From the human T2T-CHM13v2.0 reference genome, Homo sapiens, in NCBI RefSeq assembly GCF_009914755.1, contig NC_060926.1: a stretch of DNA of 64,000 nt; one strand, 5' to 3'. Below are positions 14,001 through 29,422 of the stretch, one piece after another; within the stretch, counting starts at the first letter, position 1, and each line of letters opens with the position of its first letter. The notes under the pieces are model-generated. The model was not told the DNA's origin and did no database searches. It was given only the letters and a program-made list of their open reading frames with translations. The position numbers were made by a program, and so were the translations under genes.

Positions 14001-15451
14001 CAGGTTGCTTTTGCATGCATTGCCACATTCAATTCCCAATGGACTTGCTCTAATTTTTACACTTCCTGGTCACCAGTGCTGAACATTATCAAGTGTCTTC
14101 TTCTTGCTGTGGTCTTTATTTTCCCTGCTTAAATTACTTTTCTCTTTCTTTGCCTTTTTACACTTCCTCCACATTTGACAAAGTGCATTCTTCTCATACA
14201 TCTTTAACTGATGAGTAATTTGCCCCTTATCTGTAAATCTCAAGCATTTTGATACAGAGATTTAAGAAAAGTCCATTTTGCTTTTTCAGTCTTAACAAGA
14301 TGCAACCTGCAGATTGTCTTAGACACAAGGGGTAGAAAGAAGGGTGCAGGATCAGGAGCCATGAAACCCAGGCTTGACTTTGGGTATGTGACCTTGAATA
14401 AGTCACTTACCCACTGCAGACCTCAGTTCCCTTATCTTTAAAATGGGAATTGTGCATACTCCACATCCTGCACAAGTGTACTGTGAAGAACAAGTTTGTA
14501 TTTACTCACTTTCCCAACAAACGTGTATCGTTGTGCCCACTACCAAACACTATTCCAGGCTCTAGAAACTGAACAGTGAACAAAATAGACAACTCTAGAA
14601 ATGCACACGAAGTCGCTTTATTTAAAACTCTGTGAAAAACTATATAAATATAAAGCAATATTATTATTTATTACCAACTTGCTCTCTTCTAACTGTGGGC
14701 AGAAAGAGAGATCTAATGAAATTTGTTGTGCTAAACCACTTACACTAATGTATACTCTTTTTTCACAACCAGGCTTCATTTGCCTCACCAGAACTACATA
14801 TTTGGGATTCTTTATGTTATATCTCATGGCACAATCCATAAATTTGTGAATCAGTAACATATTCTTTTGGAAGCCCCTATTGTTCAGTTTTTGTTAGAAC
14901 CCGGGTGAGCCCATGAGGAATTAGGGCTCCAGCGTTGCCATGTGCCCCACAGCTCTGTGACATTGGACTGCCTGCAGAAACTGCTTAATGGTGCTGGTGG
15001 CAGTCCTCATGCTCAGCCTTGGCAATGGCTGAGAGAGGGTTTGATTTTTTTTTTCACACATTTCAAAAGGCACATTTACATTTTAAGTGCTTGAGTAAAC
15101 AGACCAAGCAAGCGTAGAAATTGCAGTGGTGAGAAAGAAACTTCACGTATTCTAAGATACTAGAGTGATTCTGGTCAGGTTCCATTATTGATAAGCCAAC
15201 ACTTGGGTGAGATCGCGGGGATTAGAGCAACTCCCGGAATCCCGTTGGTTTTTATCCATTCATTCCAGCTTCTAAAGGTCATGTCCATCATGACTCTAAA
15301 GTTGGAGGACAGATTTGAGAGCACTTCTCTCTGCTCTCCACCTTCCCTTTGGGTTTGTTTGTTGATTAACAAAGTATCAACACTGCTTTATTAGTTTTTA
15401 TTGAGATATAATTCACATACCATAAAATATGCCATTTAAAGTGTATAATTT

Positions 15452-15743
15452 GGCCGGGGGTGGTGGCTCACACCTGTAATCCCAGACTTTGGGAGGCTGA
15501 GGCGGGTGGATCATGAGGTCAGGAGTTCCAGACCGGCCTGGCCAACATGCTAAAACCCCGTCTGTACTAAAAATACAAAAATTAGCCAGGTATGGTGGCA
15601 GGCGCCTGTAATCCCAGCTACTCGGGAGGCTGAGGCAGAGAATTGCTTGAACCCGGGAGGTGGACGTTGCAGTGAGCTGAGATTGCAGCATTGCACTCCA
15701 GCCTGGGCGACAGAGCGAGACTCCATCTCAATCAATCAATCAA
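15452..15743 (+). mobile_element. Alu (AluS-type) with (TCAA)n tail, inside an L1M fragment
   Basis: 15-bp TSD ttaaagtgtataatt at 15436-15450 and 15744-15758. Confidence 0.93.
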
Positions 15744-15851
15744 TTAAAGTGTATAATTCAGTAGTTTCTAATGTATTCATAAGATTGTCTTCCCTTTGTT
15801 TTGTTTCCTCTTTAAATTTCCTAGGGAAAAGGGAGAGCGCTCATTACTCAC

Positions 15852-16750
15852 ACATTGATTCAACACATATTTACTGAGCACCCAAAAACTCAAATAAAAA
15901 TCCCTGCCCTTTTGGAGCTTGCATCATAGTGGGGAGCACCATAAAAAAATAAAATAAGCAAAGTATAAAGTATGTCAGAAGTGATAAGTCAATGGAGAAG
16001 AAGACAGTAGGAAAGGGATAGGGTATATTCATTGGTGGTGGGTGAGGTGGGAGGAGGATTGTGATTTTAAATTGGATAACTAGGGAATGTCTCATGACAG
16101 GTAACATTTAAGCAAAGATTTGAAAGAAATGAGGGAGCAAGTCATGTGCTTATCCAGGGGAATGGCATCCAGCCAGAGGAAAAGGTAGTACAACAAGTGC
16201 AGAGACCCTGAGGTAAAAGGTGTTCCAGAAACAGCCAAGAGGCCGGTGTGGCTAAAGATTACTAACTGAGCAGGAGAATCGTGAGAAATGAGAACAGAAG
16301 GGTCGACGGAGGCCAAATCAAGCAGGGTCTTGAGCCACTTGTAAAGACTTCGGCTTTTCTTCTGAGTAAGACGGGGAGCCACTGTGGAGTGTCAGCCGAG
16401 AAATGCCATGAACCAATTTACTTTGAATAGGATCATGCTGGCTGCTCTGTGGACTGCAGAGGACAAAGGAAGAAGGGAACAGCCTAGTTATGAGGCTAAT
16501 TGCAATAATCTAGGTGGGAGAGGGCAGAACCTACCACAGATGGCATTGGTAATGCTGAGATGCTGAGAAATGGTCAGTTTCTGGATAGACTTTGAATATA
16601 GCGCCAACAGGATTGGCTGGTGGAGAGCACGTGGGGTGTAAGAGAAAGAGAAAGAGAAGTCAAGGATAACTCGGATGAAATCTGCAGTGTTGAGTGGTAA
16701 CAGCCAATTAATGGGGCTGCACAGGTGGGTCCGATAGGACAACTTGGCAT
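15852..16750 (-). mobile_element. L2 fragment
   Basis: Antisense L2 3' end attcaacacatatttactgagcacc...ccctgcccttttggagcttgcat, with continuing L2 body motifs. Confidence 0.75.
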
Positions 16751-17199
16751 ACTGCATTTATCCAATAGGAAAGTTAAACACTCAGGCTTGAAGATACATA
16801 AATTGTTCTGGAGTTTCTCAAGTTAATAAAATACAAAAAAAGTCCCTGTTATCACACTATTTCCAAAATATAATCTGGCTACTTAAACACCAAGTTGCCA
16901 AACAGATTGTAATGTGATTTTGTTTTTATTTTGAAGCTAAAGACGTAACCAGTGGCCAGCTACCTTAATTGGGAAATTTAACACATTGCAAGTGTTGTTG
17001 GAAAATAACAAAGTGATCAGTTCTGTTTGGGGTTACTCTTGCTGCTTAATTTAATTGTTTGTAATAAAGCTTTCATATACTAAACAACTTTAAGTTAACT
17101 GCATTGAGTACTTGTATATTATCTCAACCCATAATCTAATAATTGCTTTTTATTAATAAATATGCATAGCAGTGTATCAAATATTGGATAGAAGCTTAT

Positions 17200-17372
17200 A
17201 CTGGGCCTAGCTAGTACTAGATGGTGATTATCTGTTTCTAGATCTCCATTCAGTGATGTCACTTTGGTGGCTTCAAAATCAGCCATGGTAGGAGGATTTG
17301 CTACCACAGAAATTGACAAGCTCTGCAGATCAGGGCTTTTATCTCTTGTTTTTTTTTAACCAGTACACCACT
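17200..17372. mobile_element. hAT-Blackjack (MER63-like) fragment
   Basis: Terminal ccagtacaccactg resembles the MER63 TIR as recalled. Confidence 0.45.
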
Positions 17373-18152
17373 GAACACAGCAGAGGGTAGAGTTATGAAT
17401 GCCAGCTTTGGGCCACACAACCATGGCACTGGAGGGAGGGGGGATATAGTGGAAGCCATCTGTCCAGAGGGGAGGAGTGTTTTACTACCATTGACATTGT
17501 TTAAAATTGCTAGCTCATAAGGATAATAAAAAGCAGACCAACTTTAAGTCTTTTCATTCTCCACAAACTTCTCCCTTATTGCCTGTGCCCAGGGCAGATT
17601 CCTCCACCCACTTTTACCTCCATTCCAATCCTATTCACCACCTTGGACCACGGTTATGACATTTAACTTCTCTAAGTCTTAGTTTCCTCATCTGTTCAAT
17701 GAGGATCATAAAACCTACCATGGTGACGTATTGTGTGGATTCAAAACAATACAGAATGCACAGAATATACTCAATTAATAGTAGTATCAGCAAACCTTTG
17801 GCAGTGTCGTCATAGCCTTAAGAGAAAGATGAGAAACTCCCTTATGGATCATCAGCATTTTCATATCTATTGCACTCTCCAACATCTGGGTCTCTGTTGG
17901 CACTGTTCCCCCACTTGGAGCCACTTCTCTCCTATTTCTGCATGTTCAAAGTCTGTTCATTCTTCAAAGTTGACCCAGTTGCTACCATCTCTATGAGGAT
18001 TTCTCTTATTCCCATGGATGCCATAGTCTCTCTCCTTCTAAAATTTCTGGCCCTTGGGGAATCTCTAGCACTACCCCCCACCTACTGGATTAGAACCTGC
18101 ACTTCAACAAGAGCCCCAGGTGATGAGTAAACACATTAAGATTTAAGAAGCC

Positions 18153-18451
18153 AGCTGGGCTCAGGGGCTCATGCCTGTAATTCCAGCACTTTGGGAGGCC
18201 GAGGCAGGTGGATCACAAGGTCAGGAGTTCAAGACCACATGGCCAAGATGGTGAAACCCAGTCTCTACTAAAAATACAAAACTCAGCCAGGCATGGTGGC
18301 ACATGCCTGTAATCCCAGCTACTTGGGAGGCTGAGGCACAGAATTGCTTAAACTCGGGAGGCAGAGGTTGTAGTGAGCCGAGATCACACCACTGTACTCC
18401 AGCCTGGGTGACAGAGTGAGACTACGTCTAAAAAAAAAAATAAAAAAAAAA
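18153..18451 (+). mobile_element. Alu (AluS-type) inserted at the end of a MER5-like element
   Basis: 15-bp TSD aagatttaagaagcc at 18138-18152 and 18452-18466. Confidence 0.93.
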
Positions 18452-18477
18452 AAGATTTAAGAAGCCCGACTCAAAAC

Positions 18478-18662
18478 CACTAGTTCTCAAACTTGGATGT
18501 ATGTTGGATTTACTCGAGAAGTTGTTAAAAACTTAATTAACTAGACCCAAAGCCAAGAGAGACTTATTCAATTGGTCTGGGGTACAGCCTGGGCATCAGA
18601 ATTTTTTTAAACTCCCAGGTGATACTATTAAATAATATGCAGCAAAGTTTGAGAACCACTGC
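18478..18662. mobile_element. MER5-family hAT MITE
   Basis: Ends tagttctcaaactt ... aagtttgagaaccactg are inverted repeats; internal cccaggtgat motif. Confidence 0.75.
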
Positions 18663-19265
18663 TCTACAAACTTCCCCTTATACTCTCTTATGAGGCCTTA
18701 ACATTCTCTTATGCAATTTAACATGGTTATTTGTGTCCACTTATGTTTTTCCACCTATATTAAACTGTAAGTCTTTCAAGGGTGAGAATTGTTTTTTAAT
18801 TCAATTTTTAGCACTTTCTAACAAAACGTAGCCATATAATAGGAGTTTAATAAATATTTATCGAATGAATAGTGAAGTATTAATAATTGTAATCTAAATA
18901 TGTTTTCTGAATGCCATAAATGTGGCTTTCATCCTAATTAGAAGACTACTTGGACATATTCTCAAAATTGTAGAGTTATTTCCTCTTCAGTTCTAAGTAA
19001 ACATCAAATATTTGAAGAATTGGAGGCTGGTGGCCAGAATGGGCTTTCTAACTGAGAATAGCATCTCTGGGTACCAGCAAGGCCAGCCAGTGACATCTCT
19101 ATGTGCTGCTTATGGAAATCTATAGCCTGGAATCGTAAGACTCCAGAGGGCAATGCAAAATGATGCAGTCCATCCCCACACACTCTGTGCATCCAAATCA
19201 GAACCCCCGGCTGAAATATGATGACGTTATTGTTTCTTTCTCTCCAGGGTGTCATTCTGATATTT

Positions 19266-19317
19266 ATGAGGACTGTTGTTCTCACTATGAAGGCATCTGT
19301 TATTGAAATGTTCCTTG
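19266..19317 (+). CDS. VIT: Vitrin first coding exon (exon 2; exon starts 19248), MRTVVLTMKASVIEMFL, start of signal peptide
   Basis: Acceptor tgtttctttctctccag ends at 19247; ATG at 19266; donor TTG|gtaagt at 19318; phase 1. Confidence 0.95.
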
Positions 19318-19761
19318 GTAAGTACTTTTATATGTGTATCTGGATACCCTTTTAAAATTTTCCTAAGATCCAAAGAATCTAGCCAAGAAAAGTTTTAAAC
19401 CAAGACAGAGCATATAAACAATACAGTGTATCATTTTATAAGAAACATTTTGAAGAGATGTTTTAAGTAAGAATGTTAAGCAAAGATCAAATTCAGGATG
19501 CATGTGTATGTGTTTTTATGTAAAGCAAATACTGTATATATATTACATATATGTCTTGGTATATTACCTATTGCACACACACATACACACACCTAGCTTG
19601 TGTATTCCTCAGCAATTAGCAAGTATTTCAGATACAGCATATTTGCAGATTGTAAATTTAAGGATCTTCTTATTTCTTAATTTCGCAAACAAATGAACAA
19701 AAATTCTTACCGCTGACATGGCTCTACCTATAGCATTAGCAACTCACGCTTTTAGAGATGA

Positions 19762-20065
<304 letters not shown>

Positions 20066-20075
20066 AGAGATGATT

Positions 20076-20224
20076 TTTTTTTTTTTTTTTTGAGACGGAG
20101 TCTCTGTCGCCCAGGCTGGAGTGCAGTGGCACAATCTTGGCTCACTGCAAGCTCTCCCTCCCGGGTTCACCCCATTCTCCTGCCTCAGCCTGGGACTACA
20201 GGCTCCCACCACCACGCCTGGCTA

Positions 20225-20280
<56 letters not shown>

Positions 20281-20398
20281 AGTAGAGATGGGGTTTCACC
20301 GTGTTAGCCAGGATGGTCTCGATCTCCTGACCTTGTGATCCTCCTGCCTCAGCCTCCCAAAGTGCTGGGATTACAGGCATGAGCCACCGCACCCGGCC
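20076..20398 (-). mobile_element. Alu (AluY-like) with an internal (TG)26 repeat and ~11-bp deletion
   Basis: AluY-type motifs gttagccaggatggtctcgatctcc and ccattctcc; middle A-rich region replaced by a TG repeat. Confidence 0.9.
20226..20277. repeat. (TG)26 microsatellite
   Basis: Direct reading, 52 nt uninterrupted. Confidence 0.97.
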
Positions 20399-20633
20399 CA
20401 GAGATGATTTTTTTAAAAAGAATCCATTATCACCAGAGTACGCAATCATGGATAGGCCCTTGAAGAGCAGTAGGTCAACTAGAAGTGCTCAACTGAAGTG
20501 CTGAGGGGTTCAGGGCCAAGCCCAAGGGTAATCTTCCATTAAGCTTGGCCCCACTGTGCCTTATCAGGTAGAGTAACCCTGTGGAGCATTGTGAAACTAC
20601 TGCCAGGAAGGAGCACAGAAGCCTTTCAGACAG

Positions 20634-21102
20634 TCTGTTAGTTTGCCAGGGCTGCTGTAACAAAACACCGCAATCTGGGTGGATTAGGACAACAAAAACC
20701 CATTCTCTCCACCCTCTGGAGACTAGAAGTCCAAAATCAGTGTCAAGAGGGTTGGTTCTTTCAGAGGGCTGCAAGGGAGGAATCTGTTCCATGTCTCTCT
20801 CCTAGCTTCTGGCTGTTTGCTGGCAATCTTTGGGTTTCTTTGGCCTGTACATGTATCACCCTAATCGCTGCCTTCATCTTCACATGGTATTCTCCCTGTA
20901 GTTGTGTCTGTCTGCACATTTTCCCTTTTTATAATGACATCAGTCATATTGGATTAGAGGTACACCCTACTCCAGTATGACCTCATCCTAACTTAACATT
21001 ATATCTGCAATGAGCCCATTTCCAAATAAGGTCACATTCTAAGATACGGGGGCTCAGGACTTCAACATATAAATTTGAGGGCACATAAATCAACTCATAA
21101 TA
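20634..21102 (-). mobile_element. MaLR solo LTR (MLT1C-like)
   Basis: ttagtttgccagggctgctgtaacaaaacacc ... ccaaataaggtcacattct ... cttcaacatat...caactcataa is the reverse complement of an MLT1 LTR. Confidence 0.8.
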
Positions 21103-22469
21103 TAATGAGAGTGCTTAAGGTCTGTTCAGAGGGTGTGTACCTGGCAGAACTGGGGACTGGAAGAGAAGAAGGTAATACAGCTGGGAAGGCAAGGGGGCTC
21201 CAGGCATGGTGGAAGGAGTATTGGACCAGGAGTCAGAAGGAGGATATGGGTTCTAGTCCTGACTCCACCATCAACTTGCCAATTTTGTCAAGTCACTCAT
21301 CTTCTCAGAGCTTCCTGCAAATTATATGTTTGAGCTATTAATCACCCAACCCTATGTAACATGGCTGCCAGAGACCTAGGGCAGCTCTGTCCAAGCTACT
21401 TGTCTCTCAGGTAAGCTACTTTCTCCTGGAGCCAAAGAAAAGGCCACAAACAATGCCCTCTCTTCACTTTGGATAGGTCCTCAAGGATAGCAGGCACTCT
21501 CAGGAGCCAGCGGCACTATTCCCTGGCTCCTGTCAGATGGCCATGAGAAGCCCTGAGGAACTTCTAGGTACCTGGACCAGGAACCCTCCCCCAACCACTG
21601 CTATTATCCTCAGAGACTGGGCAAGTTCCAGGGGTCAACCATCCCAACACTGCCTCTACAATTGCTGTATATGCCTGGCTTACTTTAGCAAACAAAAAAA
21701 TGGGCTAGCACACTGGGGAACTACAACTTGAAAGCACAAGGTCCTTCATTTCTACCTTGCCCCTTTGGGAGGCTACCTCTCTTTTCATTCTAACATACAA
21801 GTTAGTAGGTTTCTAACTTAAGAATGGGTTGAGGGTGGGACAAGAGGTTAGGAATAGGGTTTAGTCGAACAAATAAAACAAACAAACAAACTGAGGCCAT
21901 TTCACCTTCTGCATGTTCCCAGCATCACAGAACCAAGAAAGGAAGATCTGGCTGTCTTTTGTCCCCTGCCTTTCTCAGCCTGCCCTTGCCCTTCTGGCTT
22001 GCTTATTCAGATAGCAAGAAATCAAAGTAGAAAAAGGAGACTCCTATACCTCAACACAATAAAGGCCAGGTATGACAGGGCCACAGCTAATATCATAATC
22101 AATGGTGAAAACCTAAAAGCTTTTCCTCTAAGATCAGAAATGAGACAAGGATACCTACTCTTGCTACTTCTGTTCAGCATAGTACTGGAAGTCCTACCCA
22201 GAGCAATTAGACAAGGAAAGGAAATAAAGACATTCAAAGTGAAAAAGAAATAAAATTTCCTCTGCAGATAACATGATATTATATACAGAAAGCACTAAAG
22301 ACTCCACCAAAAACCTGTTAGAACTAATAAATGAATTCAGTAAAGTTATAGAATACAAAATCAACATACAAAAATCTGTAGCACCTCTATAAACTAACAA
22401 TGAACTATCTGAAAAAGAAACAATCTCATTTACGATAGTATCAAAAAAAACTACTTAGGAATAAATTTA

Positions 22470-22820
<351 letters not shown>

Positions 22821-23488
22821 GATGCAGAAAATTAAAGAAGACATACATAAATGGAAAGATATTCCATGTTCATGGATTGGAAGAATTAATATTGTTAAAA
22901 TGCCTATACTATCCAAAGCAAGCTACAGATTCTTCAATGCAATCCTCAGTGCAATCCCTATTGAAATTCCGATGGCATTTTTCACAGAAATTTGGAAAAA
23001 AAATTCTAAATTCATATGGAAACAGAAAAGATTCCAAAAGGCCAAAGCAATCCTGAGCAAAAAGAACAAAGGTGGAGGCATCAAATACCCAACATCCAAA
23101 TACACTACAAAGCTATAGTAATCAAAACAGCATGGTACTGGCATAAAACCAGACATATAAACCCATGAAACAAAATAAAGAGCCCAGAAAGAAACCCACA
23201 CATTTATAGTTAACTGATTTTTAACAAAGGTGACAAGAACACACAATGGGGAAAGAACAATCTCTTCAATAAGTGTTATTGGGAAAATAATATATCCACA
23301 CGCAGAAGAATGTAATTGGGCCCTTAGCTCACACTGTACATATACAATGGAATATTATTCTGCCTTAAAAAAAAGAAATCCTGTCATTTACAATGTAAGT
23401 GTACCAAAGGATGTTATACTAAGTGAAATAAACCAGGCACAGAAAGACAAATACTGTATGATTTCATTTACATACTGTATCGAATCTA

Positions 23489-23885
<397 letters not shown>

Positions 23886-24379
23886 GGTACAAACTTTCAG
23901 TTATAAGATGAATATGTTCTGGTGATCTAATGTACAGCACAGTGACTACAGCTTATAAAACCGCATTGTTTACTTGAAATTTGCTAAGAGAGTAGAGTTA
24001 AAATGTACTCACCATACACATAAAAATTGTTAAGTATGTGAGGTGATGGCTATGTTAATTAGCTTGATTTAATCATTTCACAACGTACACATATATCAAA
24101 ACATCATAAATATAGACAATTTTTATTTGTCAATTATACCTTAATGAAGCTGGGGGGAATAATAAATCACTCTATTAATGAAAAACAAGGAAGCTTGCGT
24201 TCACATAGTCCCCTCTCCAGGTCCTCATGTGTCTGCCTCCCTGCCATCTCTCTCCTCTGCTCACATGTCTCCACCTCAGGGCCATTTGCTTAAGTCCCCC
24301 TACCCCTCCTCTGGGTGCTGTGATGGCTTCCCTGCCCCAAATCCTTACGCCTTTACCTCATTTTCCACCATACCCCTAT

Positions 24380-24895
24380 TAATCTCTTAAAGCCCACATC
24401 TGACCTCCACTCTTGCTCTCCATGCAAACTCAGTGTTTTCCCTTTGCCTTTAGGATGCAGCGCAAGTTTCTTCAAGTGCCTTGCTTGTGGAGCCTTCCTG
24501 ATATGGCTCTTGCTCTCCTCCCCTGCTCTTGTCACTCACCGTAGCCCCCACTCCGGCACTGAACTTCTGATTTCCCTGGGGAATGCATCATTTCTCACCT
24601 ACAAGCCTTTGAACATGCCTTCCTGGAATGCTCTTCCTCTCACTTCCTCCCACCAACCATGCTATCCTCCAGGAAGCTTCCCTCCACCCCCTTTAGGTTG
24701 GGCCATCTTCCTAAGCACTTCCTTGGTGTCCTGTGTTTATTCTCACCATAGCTGCAAGATATTGACCTTGTCATTTTTCTGGGTCTCCAAAATCTGTTAA
24801 CTCACTAAGGGTGGGAGCTGTGTCGTGCTCAGTGTTGTATCTCTAGTGCTCACCACATATCATAGGCACTCAATAAATATTTCTAAACAAATAAT
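24380..24895 (+). mobile_element. L2 3' fragment
   Basis: Ends cataggcactcaataaatatttct; internal cctggaatgctcttcc motif. Confidence 0.7.
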
Positions 24896-26616
24896 TGTCC
24901 TTAAGGACGCTGGATTTTTAAGGTATCGGAGCCATCCAAGGATCCCTCAAAAGCTCTCTAAATTAATGTCAATTAAGTGTTTAATGTGTTTAATTAATAT
25001 ATTTAAGAGGTAGCATGCTTGCTTTAGATATGTTTCAATGCATGATAGAGCAGAGTTTTATACTGCTCATTGTCATTGGAGTATTGTTTATAATCCACGT
25101 GTGTACTGACAGGGAGCAAGTGGAGTAAAGAGGCCGACACTGTAGCCAGCAAACTCGCATTCTGGTTCCAACTTCTTCCCCCAAACGACTGCAGCATTAG
25201 CCAAGGGGTTAAAACCGGCTCTGGTTTCCTTTCTATAAAATAAAGGATGACCTCCAAAGCTCCTCCTAGCTTTAAATAGCCTATGATTTGAAGCATAATT
25301 TTATGATTTATGTGATTGTAGAGAATAAGCTGTCATGGCTTTGCTATGAAGTTCTGATTTATTTGATGCTAAATGTTTCATTGAGTATATAATCCTAAAT
25401 TAAAGCATCAGGGAAACCTGAACTATGTTTAAAGGATCTGCTTTATAAATTGGTTTTCAAGAAGGCATTGTGGATACTATCTATGTTAGCAAACAGAGGT
25501 TCTCCAAAAAGATCTAACAGGAAGTTTATGGGCTAGAATGAGGCATGCTTATAAAAGTTCTAGGTACACAAATATTCAGTAAGTACCTACTGATTTGATT
25601 ATTGATTAGATGTTCTGGTATTTCATGTCTTTTCTTGAACATAATGTGGATTCTGATTATAATTCATTACTGACAGGAAAACTGGAAAACATGAGCACAG
25701 ATTAATCATGCCAATAATTTTAGAAAGCAATTTTCATTATTATAAATCTATATGATTTCAGTATGACCAGATTAAAAAATAATTGTTTTTTGTAATTATA
25801 TCAATTTATCATTTATATAAGATTCTAATTATATAAATTATGTCTATATAAAATATATATTTTATATTAAATACAAATGTAAAAGGGGAAAATACAGAAA
25901 ACATAAAATGGAAATAATAATTCCTCCATTATTAACATGTCAGTATATTTGTTCCAGTTATTTATCTGCATATATTTTAACCTTGTCAGAGTCATTCTTA
26001 AGGTTAGAGCTGAACACTTCACAGGTAATTTAATAATCTACTACACACCATTTGTAATAAATGCCTAGGATTTCCTATTGTTGGCGTGTTTTCAACATTT
26101 TATGATTTCCAGATCCATTAGAAATAATGCTCTAATGAGCATTTTTTTACATAAATCTTTGTCTATACCTCTGATTATAACTTGGGATATATTCCTAGGA
26201 GTTTGTTTTCTAGGTCAAAGAATATAAAAGTTTTTAAGGCTCTTGAAATTGCTTTCCAGAATGGCCCTGCCTGCTTATACTTCACCAACAGTGTTCAGGG
26301 AAGCCCTAATCTCAAATCCCTGCCAGGATTAAATATAATTTTATGTTCCATATTTACTAGCATGATACAGGAAAACACCCCCTCATTTTGCTTTAGCTTG
26401 CATTTTTAACATTAAAAAGATTAAACATAGTTTCAAGCTTATTCATTTATATTTTCTCTATGCATTAAACAATAAATTTTAAAAATCAATATTTTAACTG
26501 TCCTGATTGTCACATCAGAGAGGGAGAAAGTGAAGTGGGAGAAATTTTTTTCTGAAAGAGAAATTTTAGTATTTAATATGCTTCAACATTTCAGGCACTA
26601 CTAAAGAAAGAAAAGA

Positions 26617-27091
<475 letters not shown>

Positions 27092-28119
27092 AGAACACTG
27101 GATTTTTAAGGACTGAGAAGCATTGCTGAGAAGCATTGCTGCATGATTGCCTTGGAATTTGGGGTTCCAGACTTAACTCTCTTCAAGTTTTCTTGACATG
27201 CATGGCCTCCATTGCCAACTACCCTCACCCAGGGACTGGCTCTCAGACCTGTCTGCGGCTTTGCACTTTGAAGTGGGCATCAGCCATCCATTCTGGTGCT
27301 CTGCTAGGCGTCCTAGGAAAACGAACACAAGACTGATTTTTCTCTTCCCCAACTTCAACATGCAATTTACCATTTCCAATGTAGCAAGAGGGGGATTGCT
27401 GGGGAGGAGTGAAGACTTTCTCCAGGGCACAAGCACATTTGCAGACCAGCTGTCCCCTGGAGGAATGGTTTCTGAGGAGCTTTAATTATAAGCACAGAAG
27501 CTGAGGGGAGGGCCTATTTGTGCCATCGAAGATAATGACTTTATTAATTACTGCTGTTCAACTGAACCCAGCTATGCATGTTTTCAGCTTAAAAGGTCTT
27601 GGGCAACCAAAAGCAAATGATGGGGTGTTCTTACTAAAATATTTATAGTCCTAATGATACCAGGACTTATAAGCCACTTGCCTCAGGCACAGAGGCCAAG
27701 AACAGTTTTTGGTTTTCCACAAAAATTGAAACCCAAATTTATTATTTCACTTACTCCCTCTCCTTGCTCATTTTCTTTCTATGTATGTATTTAGTGCTTG
27801 TTTTAAAAATATTATAGGATTATAGATATTTATTTTTGAGCATTAAGTGAAAACATGGTCTTTGCACAGTTAATTGACAAGAGGCTACTATAAAAATTAG
27901 ACCTCCGGGACACTCACACCCACTCAAACCCCAGAAGTAAATACACCTAAAAAATGTCTGCCTTCATTCTGCCTGGCTAGACTTCTGGTTCTCACTCAGT
28001 TCTCTTTCATGTTTCTGTTCTCCTAGGATATGGTACGTCAATTACTCAGGCCTCAGCTAGTGCTAACAGTCAGAATTGGAGATAATTCAATGGCCACATC
28101 ATTGGCACAGGTTAGCTAG

Positions 28120-28500
28120 TGTCTTAGTTCATGCAGTCTGCTATACAAAACTGCTATAGACTGAGTGGCTTAGAAAAACAGAAGTTTATTTCTAACCGTT
28201 GTGGAGGCTGGGGAGTCCAAGATCAGGGTGCTGATGGATTCAGAGTCTGGTCAGGGTCAGCTTCCTGGTTCCTAGAGAGGCATCTTTTTGCTGTGTCCTC
28301 ACATGACAGAAGAGGCAAACTAGCTCTCTGGGGCCCCTTTTATAAGGGCACTTGTCCCATCATGAGGGCTCACTGTCAAGACCTGTGACCTCCCAAAGGC
28401 TCCACTTTCTAATATCATCACACTGGGGGTTAGGATGTCAATGTAGGAATTCTAGTTGAGGGGTGGGGGGGGGGTGGGTAAACAAACATTGAGACCACAG
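28120..28500 (-). mobile_element. MaLR solo LTR (MLT1A-like)
   Basis: tgtcttagttc...ggaggctgggagtccaagatcagggtg...ctcccaaaggctccac...acattgagaccacag. Confidence 0.8.
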
Positions 28501-28614
28501 TAGCTGAATAATCATAAGATAAATAAAAAGTTTTTTTAAACACTTGGTGGCATTGCCACGTTTTTCTTCAAAAATAATTGCCAATCCAAGAACTCCTAAG
28601 TCCATTTATACCTA

Positions 28615-28946
<332 letters not shown>

Positions 28947-29422
28947 TGCTATCAGAAATTTTCACAATATGTATCAAAATTTTAAGTGAGCATACATTTC
29001 AGACAAGAAATTCTATTTGGAAATTTATTTTAAGGAAATAATGGATCGATGCAAAGATTACACTATTTATATTAAATCAAAGTTTGGTTAAGTTATGATA
29101 CATCCATATAGTGCAATACTTTGAAGGCAATTAAAATTACTGTAGAAAGAACATTTAATGACATGAAAAAATGTCGATATAGATCATTAAGTAGAAATAA
29201 GTTATTGAACATTGTAAAAAACATGAGGGATCAAATGTTTGTTTAAAAGTATTCATATGAATACCTGTATACATATAGAAAAAGACTGGAAAATATTATA
29301 CTTTTGTATTCATCCACATTTGTGTTGTTTACGTTTTTCTACAAAGAACATGATTTTTTTCAATAATAAAAACAGCCAACATTCACTTTTTAATGAATGG
29401 AGAGAATATATAAAAAGCCTCA

